This document shows positions 1 to 11,281 of a stretch of DNA of 64,000 bases, piece after piece. Both the position numbers and the translations under genes were made by a program. The notes under the pieces are model-generated. The model had not been told where the DNA came from, searched no databases, and worked only from the letters and a program-made list of their open reading frames with translations. Each line of letters begins with the position of its first letter. Within the stretch, counting starts at the first letter, position 1. Source of the DNA: Camelus dromedarius (lineage: Eukaryota); assembly GCF_036321535.1 (NCBI RefSeq), contig NC_087436.1, positions 120,716,001 to 120,780,000 of the forward strand, written 5' to 3'.

Positions 1-2548
1 CTCTTGTAAGTGACATTGCAACTTCAGGACCTTTGTCCATGCCTGCCCCGTTCGGGAGTGCCCAGGGCCCCTCTTCAGACACCCCACTCCTTCCATCACC
101 AACACAGTGCAACCAGCTCTGTATATTTCTCTGTCTGCTCACTGCCTGTCCTTCTCCTCCAATGGCATGAGCATCCTGCGGAGCTGCCCTCCCCCGCCAC
201 CAGCACTCCCAGGGCCTGGCTCCGCCGAACAGACACCCGGTTGGTGTGAGCCGTGGGGCTGTCACTACGGCACATCCCCTGTGTCCTGGTGGATACTAAG
301 GGGCTAAGTCCAGGCAGGCCTCTAAGGCAGAGCTGAAGGTGGTTGTCAAAGGGGACAGTGTCACGGTAGGAAACTCAGCAAGCTGCAGACCGTCGGCATC
401 TTCGCACACAAGCCGGGCCCTGACCGGAGGGAGAGCAGAAGCAAGGAGGTATCTTTCCCCTGACTTTACCCCAAATGCTTGCTGCCATTGGCCCCGGAGG
501 CCATCGCTTTCACTGGCCTTCTGGTTAATTATAGTTAACTTGTTAGCGTTATTACAGCCCCCTTTTATAGATTCACGTAAATAAGGTGCATGTTCCAAAG
601 CGTTACTGAGATGCCCTGATACAGATGCAACACAAATGTGTCCTGCAGAATCGGCTGTTACATCAAAACAGAGAAATTATATTTGCGTTTGACCACGTTT
701 TGCTGCGTCTGATACCGGCTGATAAGAGACAGCTGCAGGCTGACCCGATACGGAGCAACATGTCAAAATCCGCCCTGATTCTGAATTTAGGAATTTAATC
801 TACCTTTTGTTTCGAAGTCTTCAACGACCCCTTATCCCAAGCTCAAGCCTTTAAAAATCTTTTTGAGCGAAACAAATTGAATAGTTTTATAAAAGCAATT
901 TATAAAATTCCCATGCATACAAGGAGGGAGGGAGAAAAGAAAAGCCGTAGAAAGATGTCTATGAAGGCGGCAAGGCGCAGAGAGAGCTGGAGGAGGGACA
1001 GCCCCAGAACAGAGGAGAAGAGAGCCGGAACCAGGCGTCCCAGAGGCCAGGGCAGCGCAGCCCACACACAGGTCTGTTCTTTAAGGGGGGGTGCCACCAG
1101 CCAGGACTTGAGCTGGACCTACTGGGGGAGCAGCAAGAACAGGACAGGCCGCGGGGGCAGAGACCAGAGTGTCCAGAGCCGGGGAGGGCGGGGAGGCCGC
1201 GGGGAGGCTGTGTGCCGGCGGAGGGAGGCCACAGGCAGCGACCGCCCAGTTGCAGAGAGAAGTGAGCTTAAGTGCAGCCTGGGCTGCTGAGGAAACGGGG
1301 GTCTTTGGCGGTGTCTCCGTCTTTCAGCTGCATTGCAGCTCCTGTCCCAGCAGGGTCCAGGGCGCACCCAGGGCCTCGGTCCAGCTCTGCGCACAGCCTC
1401 GCGGCGGACGCTCCTGCACCCGCGCACCTCCGCCTGGGGAATGCGGATCCGCACCCGCGCGGCCGCAGGAGCTGCGTGCCGGCCCCGCGCTGGGCGCCCC
1501 ACCTGCATCTTCTCGCTTACCCTCACAGCCCCCAGCAAGGAGGTGCGGCCAAGCCCGCCCCACGGGGAGGAGCCGAGGCCCAGAGGTCGAAGGTCCGGAG
1601 GAGCAGAGAGGGGCCTGCCATCAGGTGTTGCCTGGGAGCCCTGCCTCCTGGCATCTCACGCACGCCTGACGCCCCGTCAACGAGGAAGGAATGAATACAC
1701 AGCTGAATGAGCAGCCTGTTTCCCGCGTGTGGCTGCAAAAAGCAGGTCTTATTTAATTAATGACTGGCTCTGTAATTGCCGTTACAATGCGCTCCGTGTG
1801 CCGCCGTCTGCGATGGGCTTTCTAGACAATTTTGGCGCCAGTGGCCTAATGTGGAAGCGCCTTGCCTGCCGAGGGACCGAGTGCTTCATCCATCAACCGC
1901 CTCCTCCCGCCCAGCGCGGCAGATCAATACCTGCTCCCACACCGAGGCCCCTTCCTCAGGGCGCAGGGCCAGGCGCGGCCCTCCCGGCTCTCCTCGCTCA
2001 CGGGGATTCTTTCCAAAGGTGCTGGCGTTTCCTCCACGCTGGGATCTCGGGAGGGGCAGCTTCCTCTGCCTGCTCAGAGGTCCAACGGGCGGCCCCTCTG
2101 CCATCTGACCCCCGCTGAGTTGACCTCCAGGCTCTGATCTCTCTGGGCCCTGCTCTCCCTGCACACACACACCCTCCCCCTTGTGGAGAAGCACAGGTTC
2201 CTGGCCGAGGTGCTACTCTGCTCCCAGTCTCTTGGGAAGTACCACTCGTAATTCCCTACTCTGCTTCCTCTTGTTGTAACGTTAATGTGTCCCTGATGGG
2301 GTGTGCATCTGTCCCCAAGGGTGAGACTTGTCACCCCATAACCTGTTTGGGCATCTGCCTCCCCACCAGATACCGGGGTGGCTGCATCCTCTCAGGGTCC
2401 TCGGTGCACAGGACAGTCCTCGGTGAGCATGAACCACCCAGCAAGCACATGTGGGCTGGTGGGGGCACACCAGAGTCCATCAGAGACCACCCTCTGGGAG
2501 CTGGGCAGGGAGAGGGTCCGCAAAGAGCTCGCAGATATCCCCACCCCC

Positions 2549-2620
2549 ACTATGGGTGGAACGTGTCCCCAAGAAGGTGTGCTGTCTGAGCCCTGGTGCC
2601 TGTGGCCTGCCCTTATTTAA
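2549..2620 (+). mobile_element. MaLR (MLT1-type) LTR 5' fragment
   Basis: 'tatgggtggaacgtgtccccaagaaggtgtgctgtctgagccctggtgcctgtggcctgcccttattt' resembles the recalled MLT1A-C 5' end. Confidence 0.5.
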
Positions 2621-2687
2621 GTTATTTAAAGTTGGCCCTGACTTACTTATCTGTTAAAGATGATGACACTCCTCAATTATTCCACAA

Positions 2688-2966
2688 TTTTTTTAAATTG
2701 AATTGTGTAGTTGGTTTATAATGTTGTGTTAATTCCCGGGGTTCAGCATAGTCAATCAGTTTTATATTTTTTTTTTTCAGATTCAGTTCCCTGTGGTAGA
2801 CAGTAGGACCTCATCATGGTATATACAATGGAATACTACTCAGTCATAAAAAGAATAAAATAATACCATTTGCAGCAATATGGATGGACCTGGAGGCTGT
2901 CTACTAAGTGAAGTAAGCCAGAAGGACAAAGAAAAATACTGTAAGACATTGCTTCTATGTGGGATC
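2688..2966 (-). mobile_element. Short L1 3' end with inverted 5' segment
   Basis: 2688-~2812 is the reverse complement of an artiodactyl L1 3' terminus with T-tract; ~2815-2966 is the upstream L1 segment in sense orientation (tacaatggaatactactcag...); flanked by tattccacaa (2678-2687) / tattgcacaa (2967-2976). Confidence 0.75.
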
Positions 2967-3280
2967 TATTGCACAAATATTTATTGAGCCCCTATTACAT
3001 GCCTGGTCCTGAGTGGACCATACTCAGCAATGAACAAAACAAGTAAAAATGCCTGCTGTGTGGAATTTTCACTTACTGGGGGAGGCAGACACAACACAAA
3101 GAAATGGGTGACAAAAATGCTCTATCAGATAATGACAAGCCCTGGAGACGAACCGGCAGGAGAGGGACGAGGAGTGAAGTGGGAGTGACAGCAGAGATGG
3201 GGGCATTGAGGGCCCCCTCCTGAGAAGGTGGACCTTTGCAGAGAAGTCCTGGAGAAGGTAAAGGTGCAGTCCTCACAGAG
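2967..3280 (-). mobile_element. L2 LINE 3' fragment
   Basis: Typical L2 tail 'caaatatttattgagcccctattacatgcctgg...aatgaacaaaacaag...gagaaggtggacctttgcag'. Confidence 0.75.
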
Positions 3281-3299
3281 AAGCTTGCCCAATGTTTTT

Positions 3300-4695
3300 G
3301 TGATGAGTAAACAATGTAATTTTCATGAAAGAGTGGGTAAATCACACAAATAAACAATCCACACCCCTCAAAAGAGTTCATGTAGTTTCCTTGTTTAAAG
3401 CCATCACAGTTTCTGCAGGGGGAGGGTGCAGGGAGTCCGTGACAGAACAAGGCACCCACCCCCCCTCCACAAGGACAAAACTGTCTCCTTGTCAGAATGC
3501 TGCAGAAGGCAGGGGAGCATGCAGAGGGTGAGTGACCAACCTTGGCCACTTCTGCTGGAGGGCATTCCCTCTTCTAGGTGGGGGTTGAGGGTGAGATATG
3601 GGCTTGTCCTGGGAAGAAGGTTCTGCTTGGATGGGCCCAGCTAAAGAGCCCACTAGACCTTCCAGTGGCTGGCAGAGCTGGAGTGATGAAATTAAGAGGC
3701 TTTGGAGGCTTCAAAAACACAGACCATTTCCACGTCAAGATTTCTGCCAGATTCTGAACCTGCTGGGGGAATGGACAGCATGGGTAAAAAGCTGGTCAAA
3801 ACCTCTGAAAAGCAGAATGGAATTTGCCTCAGTCCCGTGGGCTAAAGAGACCAAGACCTACCAGGACAAGAGGCTCAGGGAAGATGACAAGCTCTCAGCT
3901 GACGATCTGAAGGGCTGTACGGGGAGAACAGGGGGATCCAGAGGAAGGCGGTGCCTTCCCAGATCGGGAACCCAGGCCAACAGGCATCAGCTCCTAAGAT
4001 GGTCAGCGCCATGCTTTGTCTGCCTGTCAGAGGAAACAAGGAGCTCTCAGGTTGAAAATATAACCACTATTTTCACTATTTTGGAGCTGCTACAATTTTT
4101 ATATACAATATCTGCCAATAAATGAAAAATTATTAAGATGCCAAGCGATAAAGTCATATGCAAGAAAGCCAAGGGGCAAAACAGACAACAGAAACAGACC
4201 CAATGTTTATCCAAGTTCTGGAGTAAGCTGGCAAAAACTTCTAAGTAACAATAATTGATGTATGTTTAAAATAATAAATTATGGAGCAGATCCATTTTTT
4301 TAAAAAAGAATTCCAATCAAGAATTAGAATCTTTAAAAAGTTAATTTAAAAAATCTAGAAATGAAAAAAAGTCTAAAATTAATAGCTCAAGAGACGGATT
4401 TTACAGCAGGATAGACACAGTAGAAGGTGGTGAAGGATTCACAAAATAGAAGATGGGTCAGTAGAGAATACTTAAATTATGGCACATAGAGGAAAACAAT
4501 GAAAATGCATAAAAGAGCATGAAAAGTATGTGGGACACTATATAAACTCCCTAATATAGTTGTAATTGAAGCCCCAGAAGGAGAAGAGAGAAATAAAATG
4601 GGGCAGAAGAAAATTTGAAGAAATATTGACTTAGAATTTTCCAAAATAGTTTTAAGAAATAAACTCACAAATTCAAAGGCTCAGCAAACCCCCTG
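3300..4695 (+). mobile_element. Old L1M 5' region and ORF1 remnant
   Basis: A-rich sense strand with decayed ORF1 motifs such as 'aattgaagccccagaaggagaagagag...aatttgaagaaatattgacttagaattttccaaaa...attcaaaggctcagcaaaccc'; 5' boundary uncertain. Confidence 0.7.
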
Positions 4696-5629
4696 CTGAG
4701 ACTAAGACTCACGACAGGCCTGGCGTCGGCGGGCCCTTCACAGGGGCCAGACACTGTGCCACAGGCCTCTCATGCTTTGCTGTTCAGTCCTCATGAGAAC
4801 TCTGAGCCTTGGAGACTGCCACCGCAGCGCAATCTGCATAGGGAAGCCAGGGCCTGCAGTGCTCACCGGGCCAGGACTGCTGGCTAGGACGCGCTCTGCA
4901 GTGGCTTACGGCTCAGTGAGGGGTGTGTGCTTGACAAGCGAAGGGGGGGGGGGCATAAGGGAAGCCAGGGGCTGGGGGATCACAGGACAGGGCACCCAGC
5001 CTAACCACAGCAGCTCTGGAGGGCTTCTCAAAGAGGCAGCATTTAAGCTCAGACCCAGAGGCGGATGGATAGGAGCCAGGAGATGAGGATGGCGAGTATT
5101 CCCTGCAGTGGGAGTAACCTGTGTGGGGTCTCAGAACTGGGACAAAGTCCGCCACATCAACGCAGCTGCCAAAGACTCAGGATGAGGAAGGTGTGGTAAG
5201 ATTGGAGTCCAGTGAGAAAGGTGTCATTAACATCCTTTTCATTCAAGTGCCGGGCACATGGCTGGATTATTCTGGAACCGAATTCTCAGTGAATTATTCT
5301 GGAACCAAATTCTACTCGCCAGTGACCCAGCCATTGAAAGATAAACCCCATCTGGATTGGAGCATTCGACCTCATTTCCACTTAGAGATTTGCATCAGAG
5401 CCCAGTCCTAGGTGGAGGGAGGTGAGAGGTACTGTGGGCCAGGCTCTCCACGTACACCTGACACCCACATCCTCCTGCAGTTCTCTTCCCACCCGCTGAG
5501 GCCAAGGTATCACCGATGAAGGTACTGGGGCTCAGAGCCACCCAGCCTCTGGGACACACAGCCTGGACTTGCTGGCCCAGCCACATGGCTTACTGATTCC
5601 ATTCCCACCCCAGCACTAATGTTCCCACC

Positions 5630-5700
5630 TCCTTCTGGGCCTCAGTTTCCCCAGCTGTGAAGAGAGGAAGTTGGACCAGCTGGCTCTAACAGTCCCTGAA
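5630..5700 (+). mobile_element. MIR SINE core fragment
   Basis: 'tctgggcctcagtttccccagctgtgaag' matches the MIR core. Confidence 0.6.
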
Positions 5701-6759
5701 GTTCCATGGGCCCCTTCTGGTCTAGCGAGGACTAGTGTCCTGTTTCCTTTACGTAGAGCTTGGCCATAAGACCATTCTGTATTTTTCAAGGCTGCCTCTC
5801 CCCGGAGTTAATACTCTGCACTCCGCTGAGCCATCTCTCCCCTGCCTCCAAGTCACCGTATCGCTATTTAGACAGAACTGGCTGCCATCCCCTGCCCGCA
5901 TTGCCAGGTGTGCAGAGTTAATTCCTGAGCAATTAATCCCATTAACAAGCAGTGATTCACAGCCTTCAACCAGGAGGCTGCCTTCATTACAGAATGTTAA
6001 CCAGGGCAAGGCAGTGCTTCCTTAATCCTCCACCAGGCGTGTTGGCTGCTGCTGGGACACCCAGACGACAGCAGCTTCAAAAGTGCCCCAGAAATTAAGT
6101 GCTCCCCACCCCTCTGCAGCACCCCAAGTCCACACACAACTGCCCCCGCCCCGGATAGCGACCGTCATGGGCGCTGGGCGCTTGGCGCGTCTCGGGCGGC
6201 AGACGTGCCTTGCCAGCCCATACGTGTGTCCCCACAACGTTCAGCAGATGTCAACAGCCCCGGGCTGATTGAGGGCGATTGTTTCCAGCATGGAGGCAGC
6301 CAGGAATGGATCTATCAAACTGTTAACTGTGCTGATCACAAATCACTTTAATGATGTGTTAACATTTAATTAGATCGCTACCAAATGCTTCAGATTATGG
6401 GGACTGCCCGTGAGCCTGACCATCGGAGCAAAAGCAGTCACGGGAAGCCGGACCTCTGCCCCTGGCCTAGGCTGGACGCGAGGTCCTGGGTTCAGCAGCA
6501 GGCTCGCCTGCCAGGTACATTTCTGGGTGTGTTTCCAGCCTCCGGTGAGCCCGCCACATTACAGGGGGGCTGTTGTGGAAATCCTGCACCTTCTAGAAAA
6601 GAGAAATCTGCTGTCTTTCACTTGGCAAATCGGAATCGTGTTGTCTGCTGTCTGACGCTGAGAGGGACGCAGAAATGGAGAGGACATAGAACCCTCTCCT
6701 TGAGAAGACAGCCATGCACGTCAGAAGAAACACAACTCCTATTCATGCGTGCACAGCCC

Positions 6760-6850
6760 ATGCTGGGCCTGTCACAGCCCTCGCCCCTATCGCACTGTAT
6801 CTGCGTTTTACAAACAGGGAAACTGAGGCTCAGAGAGGTGGTCCCTTAAT
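6760..6850 (-). mobile_element. MIR SINE core fragment
   Basis: 'ttttacaaacagggaaactgaggctcagagaggt'. Confidence 0.6.
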
Positions 6851-7059
6851 CTGCATGAGAGACGTAGCCTTGCGTGAGGGCAGGCGGGAAAGGTCATGGT
6901 GAAAAGCCCCTGGGGCCAGCTGAGGCCAGGGCGCTGGTGACCCCGAGCTAAGGCGTCTGGGCTTCGTGCTCAGGGAGCCACACAATCCAACCCGTATTTG
7001 AAGACACTGAGCAATAAAGTATTCATTGAGTTTAATAATTTGGAAATAGTGTGTTTGTG

Positions 7060-8200
7060 CCCTGTGAAGCCGGCCGGGCGGGGGGCTGACCGAGCGTGAC
7101 AAGCACCTTCTCACTGATTCGTGTGTCAGAATCCTAAGATGGCAGGATGCCAGGAGAGCCGCTCTCTCCGTCTCAGACACACACGGGCGGGGGCGGGGGC
7201 ACGTGCACGCACAACTGTGCGCACGTCCAGGTACGCAGGCGCGCGCACGCACGCACGCACGCGCGGCCGTGCACGCAGGCGCGCACAGGGGCAGGCGCAG
7301 GGTCGGCCCTCGCGCCGCGCACGCCGTCACGCGCGCTCCGGCCTCTCCCCGCACCCCGGTCTCTGGAAATGGAGCCGCCGGGGCGGCGCCCCCCGGCCTC
7401 GCGGCCCCTCCTCCCGGGCATGACTTGGGCAAATGCCCGTTTTCAAAGGCCGCGCCGCCGGCCCTGCCCCGCTGCCCCACGAGGGGCCCGGGCCGCAGCT
7501 GCGCCGCCAGCACCTCCCCGGCTGCGCTCAGCGCCGGCCGCTGCCCCGAGAAGCCCTCCCTGACGTGACGCGACCAGACAGGCGCGAGGAGCGGGCCCCG
7601 CGGTCATGCAAAATGCAGGAGCGCCTCCCGGCCGGCGGCGCGCCGGCCGCGTAGCCGGGGCCTCATTATTCGCGGGACGCGCGGCTTAGGCGTGCTCGGT
7701 GAGGCCACAGACCTTGGGGTGGGGAGGGTCGCCTGTGAGGGTGCCACGCGGCCTGTGGAGCCGGCCCGGCCCGGCCCACCGCCCAGATGGAAGCTTCCAG
7801 ATGAGTCAGTCCGTGGGAAGAGAGCAGGCGTTCGCTCGTTGGGCCCCAAAGCCTCGGGCAGCCTGGGGGATGATTGACCTGGAGTGAAATCGTGCATCCT
7901 TAAGCTGGCGAGCCCTGGGTTGCCCGACAGATTCCACGTACGGGTCATCTCCCCGAGACGGATTAGCACCGAGGTGCCCCTCTGCCCGGTGGGGGCTGGA
8001 GAGCCCGGAGCTGTCCCGACGAGCCGCTGCCTCCCACGTGGCCGAGGACAAAGGGGAGAGCAGGAAGGGGCGGGGCTTCGCAGCCAGCTCGTCCCTGCCA
8101 AGCCCCTTCGGGGGAACCCTTGACCCCCCGGCGCTCAGCTTCCTCACCCCGGGCATAATAGTGGCACCTGCCTCCTCTGACCTGGCTGGGGGAAAGTGCT
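7060..8200. promoter_or_regulatory. CpG island, candidate promoter or enhancer
   Basis: Very high CpG density, especially 7185-7780; GC boxes (ggcgggggcggggg ~7186-7199), CACGTG at 7200-7205, CRE-like TGACGTGA at 7561-7568, TTCAAAG TCF/LEF word near 7442. Confidence 0.8.
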
Positions 8201-8629
8201 CACGAGGGCAGGGGCCGAGCCTCTGGGCTCTGAGGGGTGCAGCACCACCCCGGGCACTGCCACCATTCAGGTCCCGTACAGTCGGCAGAGGCCTGAGTCG
8301 CCCTGAGCCAAGCCCATGCCTCCTTGGAAAAGCTTAACAACTCTGCCCGCTCCGGACTCTCGGCACGTGCCCCGTGCTCCACGCTCTGGACGGAGGCCCT
8401 GGCCCCTTGCGCATAGAGGCATCACCCGCCTGTGTCCCAAACCCTCTTGCGCATGCGTGGGAGCCGCCAAGCTGCGCGGACACCCAGGGCCTCTCCACCG
8501 CAAACAGAAGGTGCACCCAAGGCGGGCACCAGAGGGCGCCAGAGGGCACCACGGAGCCAGACGGTTGGGCTCGTTTTCTTTTTCTCATTTTTCTTGTTAC
8601 CTGTTTGTGGTGAGCTGAACAGAGAAGGA

Positions 8630-8950
8630 CTATGCTGGGGAGGATGTGGAGCAAGGGGAACTCTCTACGCGGCTGGTAGGAATGTAAACTGGTGCAGCCC
8701 TTTGGAAAACAATCTAGCATCATATCCAACACCCATAAGCCTCAACCCAGCAATTCCGCTCCCAGCGTACAGCCCAGAGACCGTCCAGGGGAGCATCCGG
8801 AGAGATCACAGAAGTGCTCCCGGCAGCACCACTTGCAAGGGTCTCAACCTGGGAATAACCAAGTGGTCCCTCACCTGGGGAGTGCGTGTGAGCACCTGCG
8901 TCCCCCACAAGGAGCCTTCACAGGGCACCGCTGAGTGAAGACAGCAAGTC
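8630..8950 (+). mobile_element. Old L1 (L1ME-like) ORF2 3' fragment
   Basis: 'tgctggggaggatgtggagcaaggggaactctct...ggaatgtaaactggtgcagccctttggaaaacaat...acccagcaattccgctcc'. Confidence 0.7.
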
Positions 8951-8959
8951 GCCAGAGAC

Positions 8960-9865
8960 TGTGACTCTTGGTTGTTTTTCCCTTCCCTGAAACATCACGT
9001 GTCAGAGCCTGGGGACATCTCTGTATGTCACTTGCAGTGCCATCCTGTAGGTGGAGGGTCCAGCCAGCAGCCTTGTCAGGTTTGGCCTAGTGATGAGTGG
9101 TGGCCGATGGGATGAGAGTGGATGTGACACTAGCCACGTCCAAGTGGGCGGCTTCAAGGATGACCGCATATCTGAGACAGGAGGGAAGGGGCAGGGCACA
9201 GCCACTCAAGGAATGGCAACAATGAATACCAGGATAGCGAAAGACTTAACTCCCAGAAGGCCTTGAGGCTCAAGATGGCGGAAGACTTGACTCCTAGTAG
9301 ACCACGAGCCTCATTATCCGTGGATTGTAATATATTAACATGGGAAGTGACACTCCCATAGGTGCCATGACAACTTCGAGACTGACAATAAAATCTCAAA
9401 GAGTGGGCGGTGGCCCGATTCTTGGGAATCCCAGCTCCTTTGCCAAGGTAGTTGGAATGGCCCTCCCACTTGTAGGCGTGTGAAGCTACCGAGCCCATAA
9501 AAACTGGCAACACTGAGCCTCACAGCCTCTCTCGTTCCCTCATCTTTGGAAGCGGCCCACAATCTGTCTGTGGAGTGTGAGTGTGTACCTACTTTTACTT
9601 AACCTGAGCACCCAACACCCACAACTCATGGCTTTTCTCTTGCCTTCTGAAACAGCCTGCACTCTATGTAGCATGTATCTCTAAATAAACCCACCTTCAC
9701 TCAACTGTGGCTCGCTCTTGAATTCTTTCCTGCACGAAGCCAAGGACCCACACTTGGCGGGGCATGTCCCAGGGGCTCCACTGAGACTGGGACACAGCTC
9801 TCCTCTCGCCCCACATCCATTTTTCCTGTATCATATCTTCCTTCTGAGTCATGGGGCACCAACAA
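8960..9865 (+). mobile_element. Old MaLR (MLT1J/K-like) LTR remnant interrupted by the ERV1-like LTR
   Basis: 'ggccgatgggatgagagtggatgtgacactagccacgtccaag' resembles the MLT1J/K core; appears to continue briefly after 9837. Confidence 0.45.
9173..9833 (+). mobile_element. ERV1-like solo LTR (661 bp)
   Basis: TG...CA termini with 9/10 inverted repeat (TGAGACAGGA / TCCTGTATCA), perfect 4-bp TSD tatc (9169-9172, 9834-9837), TATA-like cataaaaa 9496-9503, AATAAA 9684-9689. Confidence 0.9.
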
Positions 9866-10707
9866 TGTAACGGAGGCTGGACCAGGACCTAACAAACAGC
9901 AAATTGACAAGCTTTCTTGGACCCACTGGGGAATAAGTTGAAAAGCAATCAATGGTCCCAAAATCTAAGGAGAAACAGCCACAGGCAGGAAGTCTAGACA
10001 TGAGTACTTACATCTGCCTAAGAGGAGGCTTAATCAGAGCAGGAGAGAGGGTCCCACTGTCGCCCCACAGCCAGGTAATTGGCATCAAATTACAAGCAAC
10101 AGCAGGAGGCTTCTGGGGGTGAGGCCCCTTGCAAAGGAAGACCAAGAGTTGAGGTTGGAGCAGACGAAGAAAAAACCCTCTGGCTAAGCAGCCCGGCCCC
10201 CACCCTGAAGCCAGGTCTCTGGAGGAATTTGAAGACTGTAGTGCCCTGGGGTAACCATAGCAACAAGAACGCGCCATCCCAGCCCAATTCTTGACTGATT
10301 ACCTCAAACCCTCCACATTACAGGCCTCTTAGGAGGAAAGGTGTGCCCATTTCCAGGCACAAAACCTCTTTTCCTCTCTTACTTGCTTTCAGCCAAAAGT
10401 TATGAGATGTATAAAAAGGCGCAAAAAAAAAAAAAAAAAAAAAAAAAGGCCCCAGGCTCCTGGGCTCCTGTGTCTCCCCCTGATGCGGAGAGGGGGAGCA
10501 GGGCTCGCATCTCCACAGCACAAAGGAGCCAAGCCAGCTTCCAACTCCTGACTTCTTTCATGTGTACCGAAGAGCTGAGGTCACAGAGCAGCCGACTGTC
10601 TCAAATGCCAAGGCGAGATTGTACCTATGGGGAGAGAAGGGACATGGGTGCGGCCCCCTGGGGGCGATGCAGTGGATGCCAGGCAGGAGTAAGAGACAGC
10701 CAGGGAA

Positions 10708-10848
10708 GGGTAGTAACCTGTAATGAAAAAAATACGAAAAGGAATGCACCTATGTACATATATGACTGAAGCATTGTGCTGTACACCAGAAATTGACACA
10801 ACACTGTAAACTGACTACAATTCAGTTTAAAAAATAAAAGAAAAAAAT
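10708..10848 (+). mobile_element. Younger L1 extreme 3' end fragment
   Basis: 'tatgactgaagcattgtgctgtacaccagaaattgacacaacactgtaaactgactac' plus A-rich tail; homologous to 15325-15400 and 25575-25640. Confidence 0.8.
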
Positions 10849-10909
10849 TATGGCCAAGAATATACTAAGCAAATTGTAGACACCTAAACACAGATCCAAG
10901 AAGCTCAGA

Positions 10910-11281
10910 CAAGACGGGGGTCGGGGGGGAAGGAGATGAATGGGCAGAGCACAGACGATTTTTAGGTCAGTGAAGATACTCTGCATGGTATTATAGTGAG
11001 GGACACATGTCATCATACGTGTGTCCAAACCCACAGAACTACACAGCAAGAGTGAGCCCTAAGGTCAGCTCTGGTCTCTAGGTGGTTGGGACATGTCTTA
11101 TGAATGTAGATTCATCCTTAGTTAAAAAAATGTACCATTATGATAAGTGAGGTTGATTATCGGGGAGGCTATGCATGTGTGGGGGCAGGAGGCATAGGGA
11201 AATCTCTGTATTTACCTCTCAATTTTGTTGTAAACCTAAAACTGCTCTTAAAAAACAAAATTAAGGACAAAATAAAGAAAA
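10910..11281 (+). mobile_element. L1MC-like 3' end inserted in ORF1 of the older L1
   Basis: Perfect 12-bp TSD aagaagctcaga (10898-10909, 11282-11293); 'gggaaatctctgtatttacctctcaattttgttgtaaacctaaaactgctcttaaaaa' 3' terminus. Confidence 0.85.
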
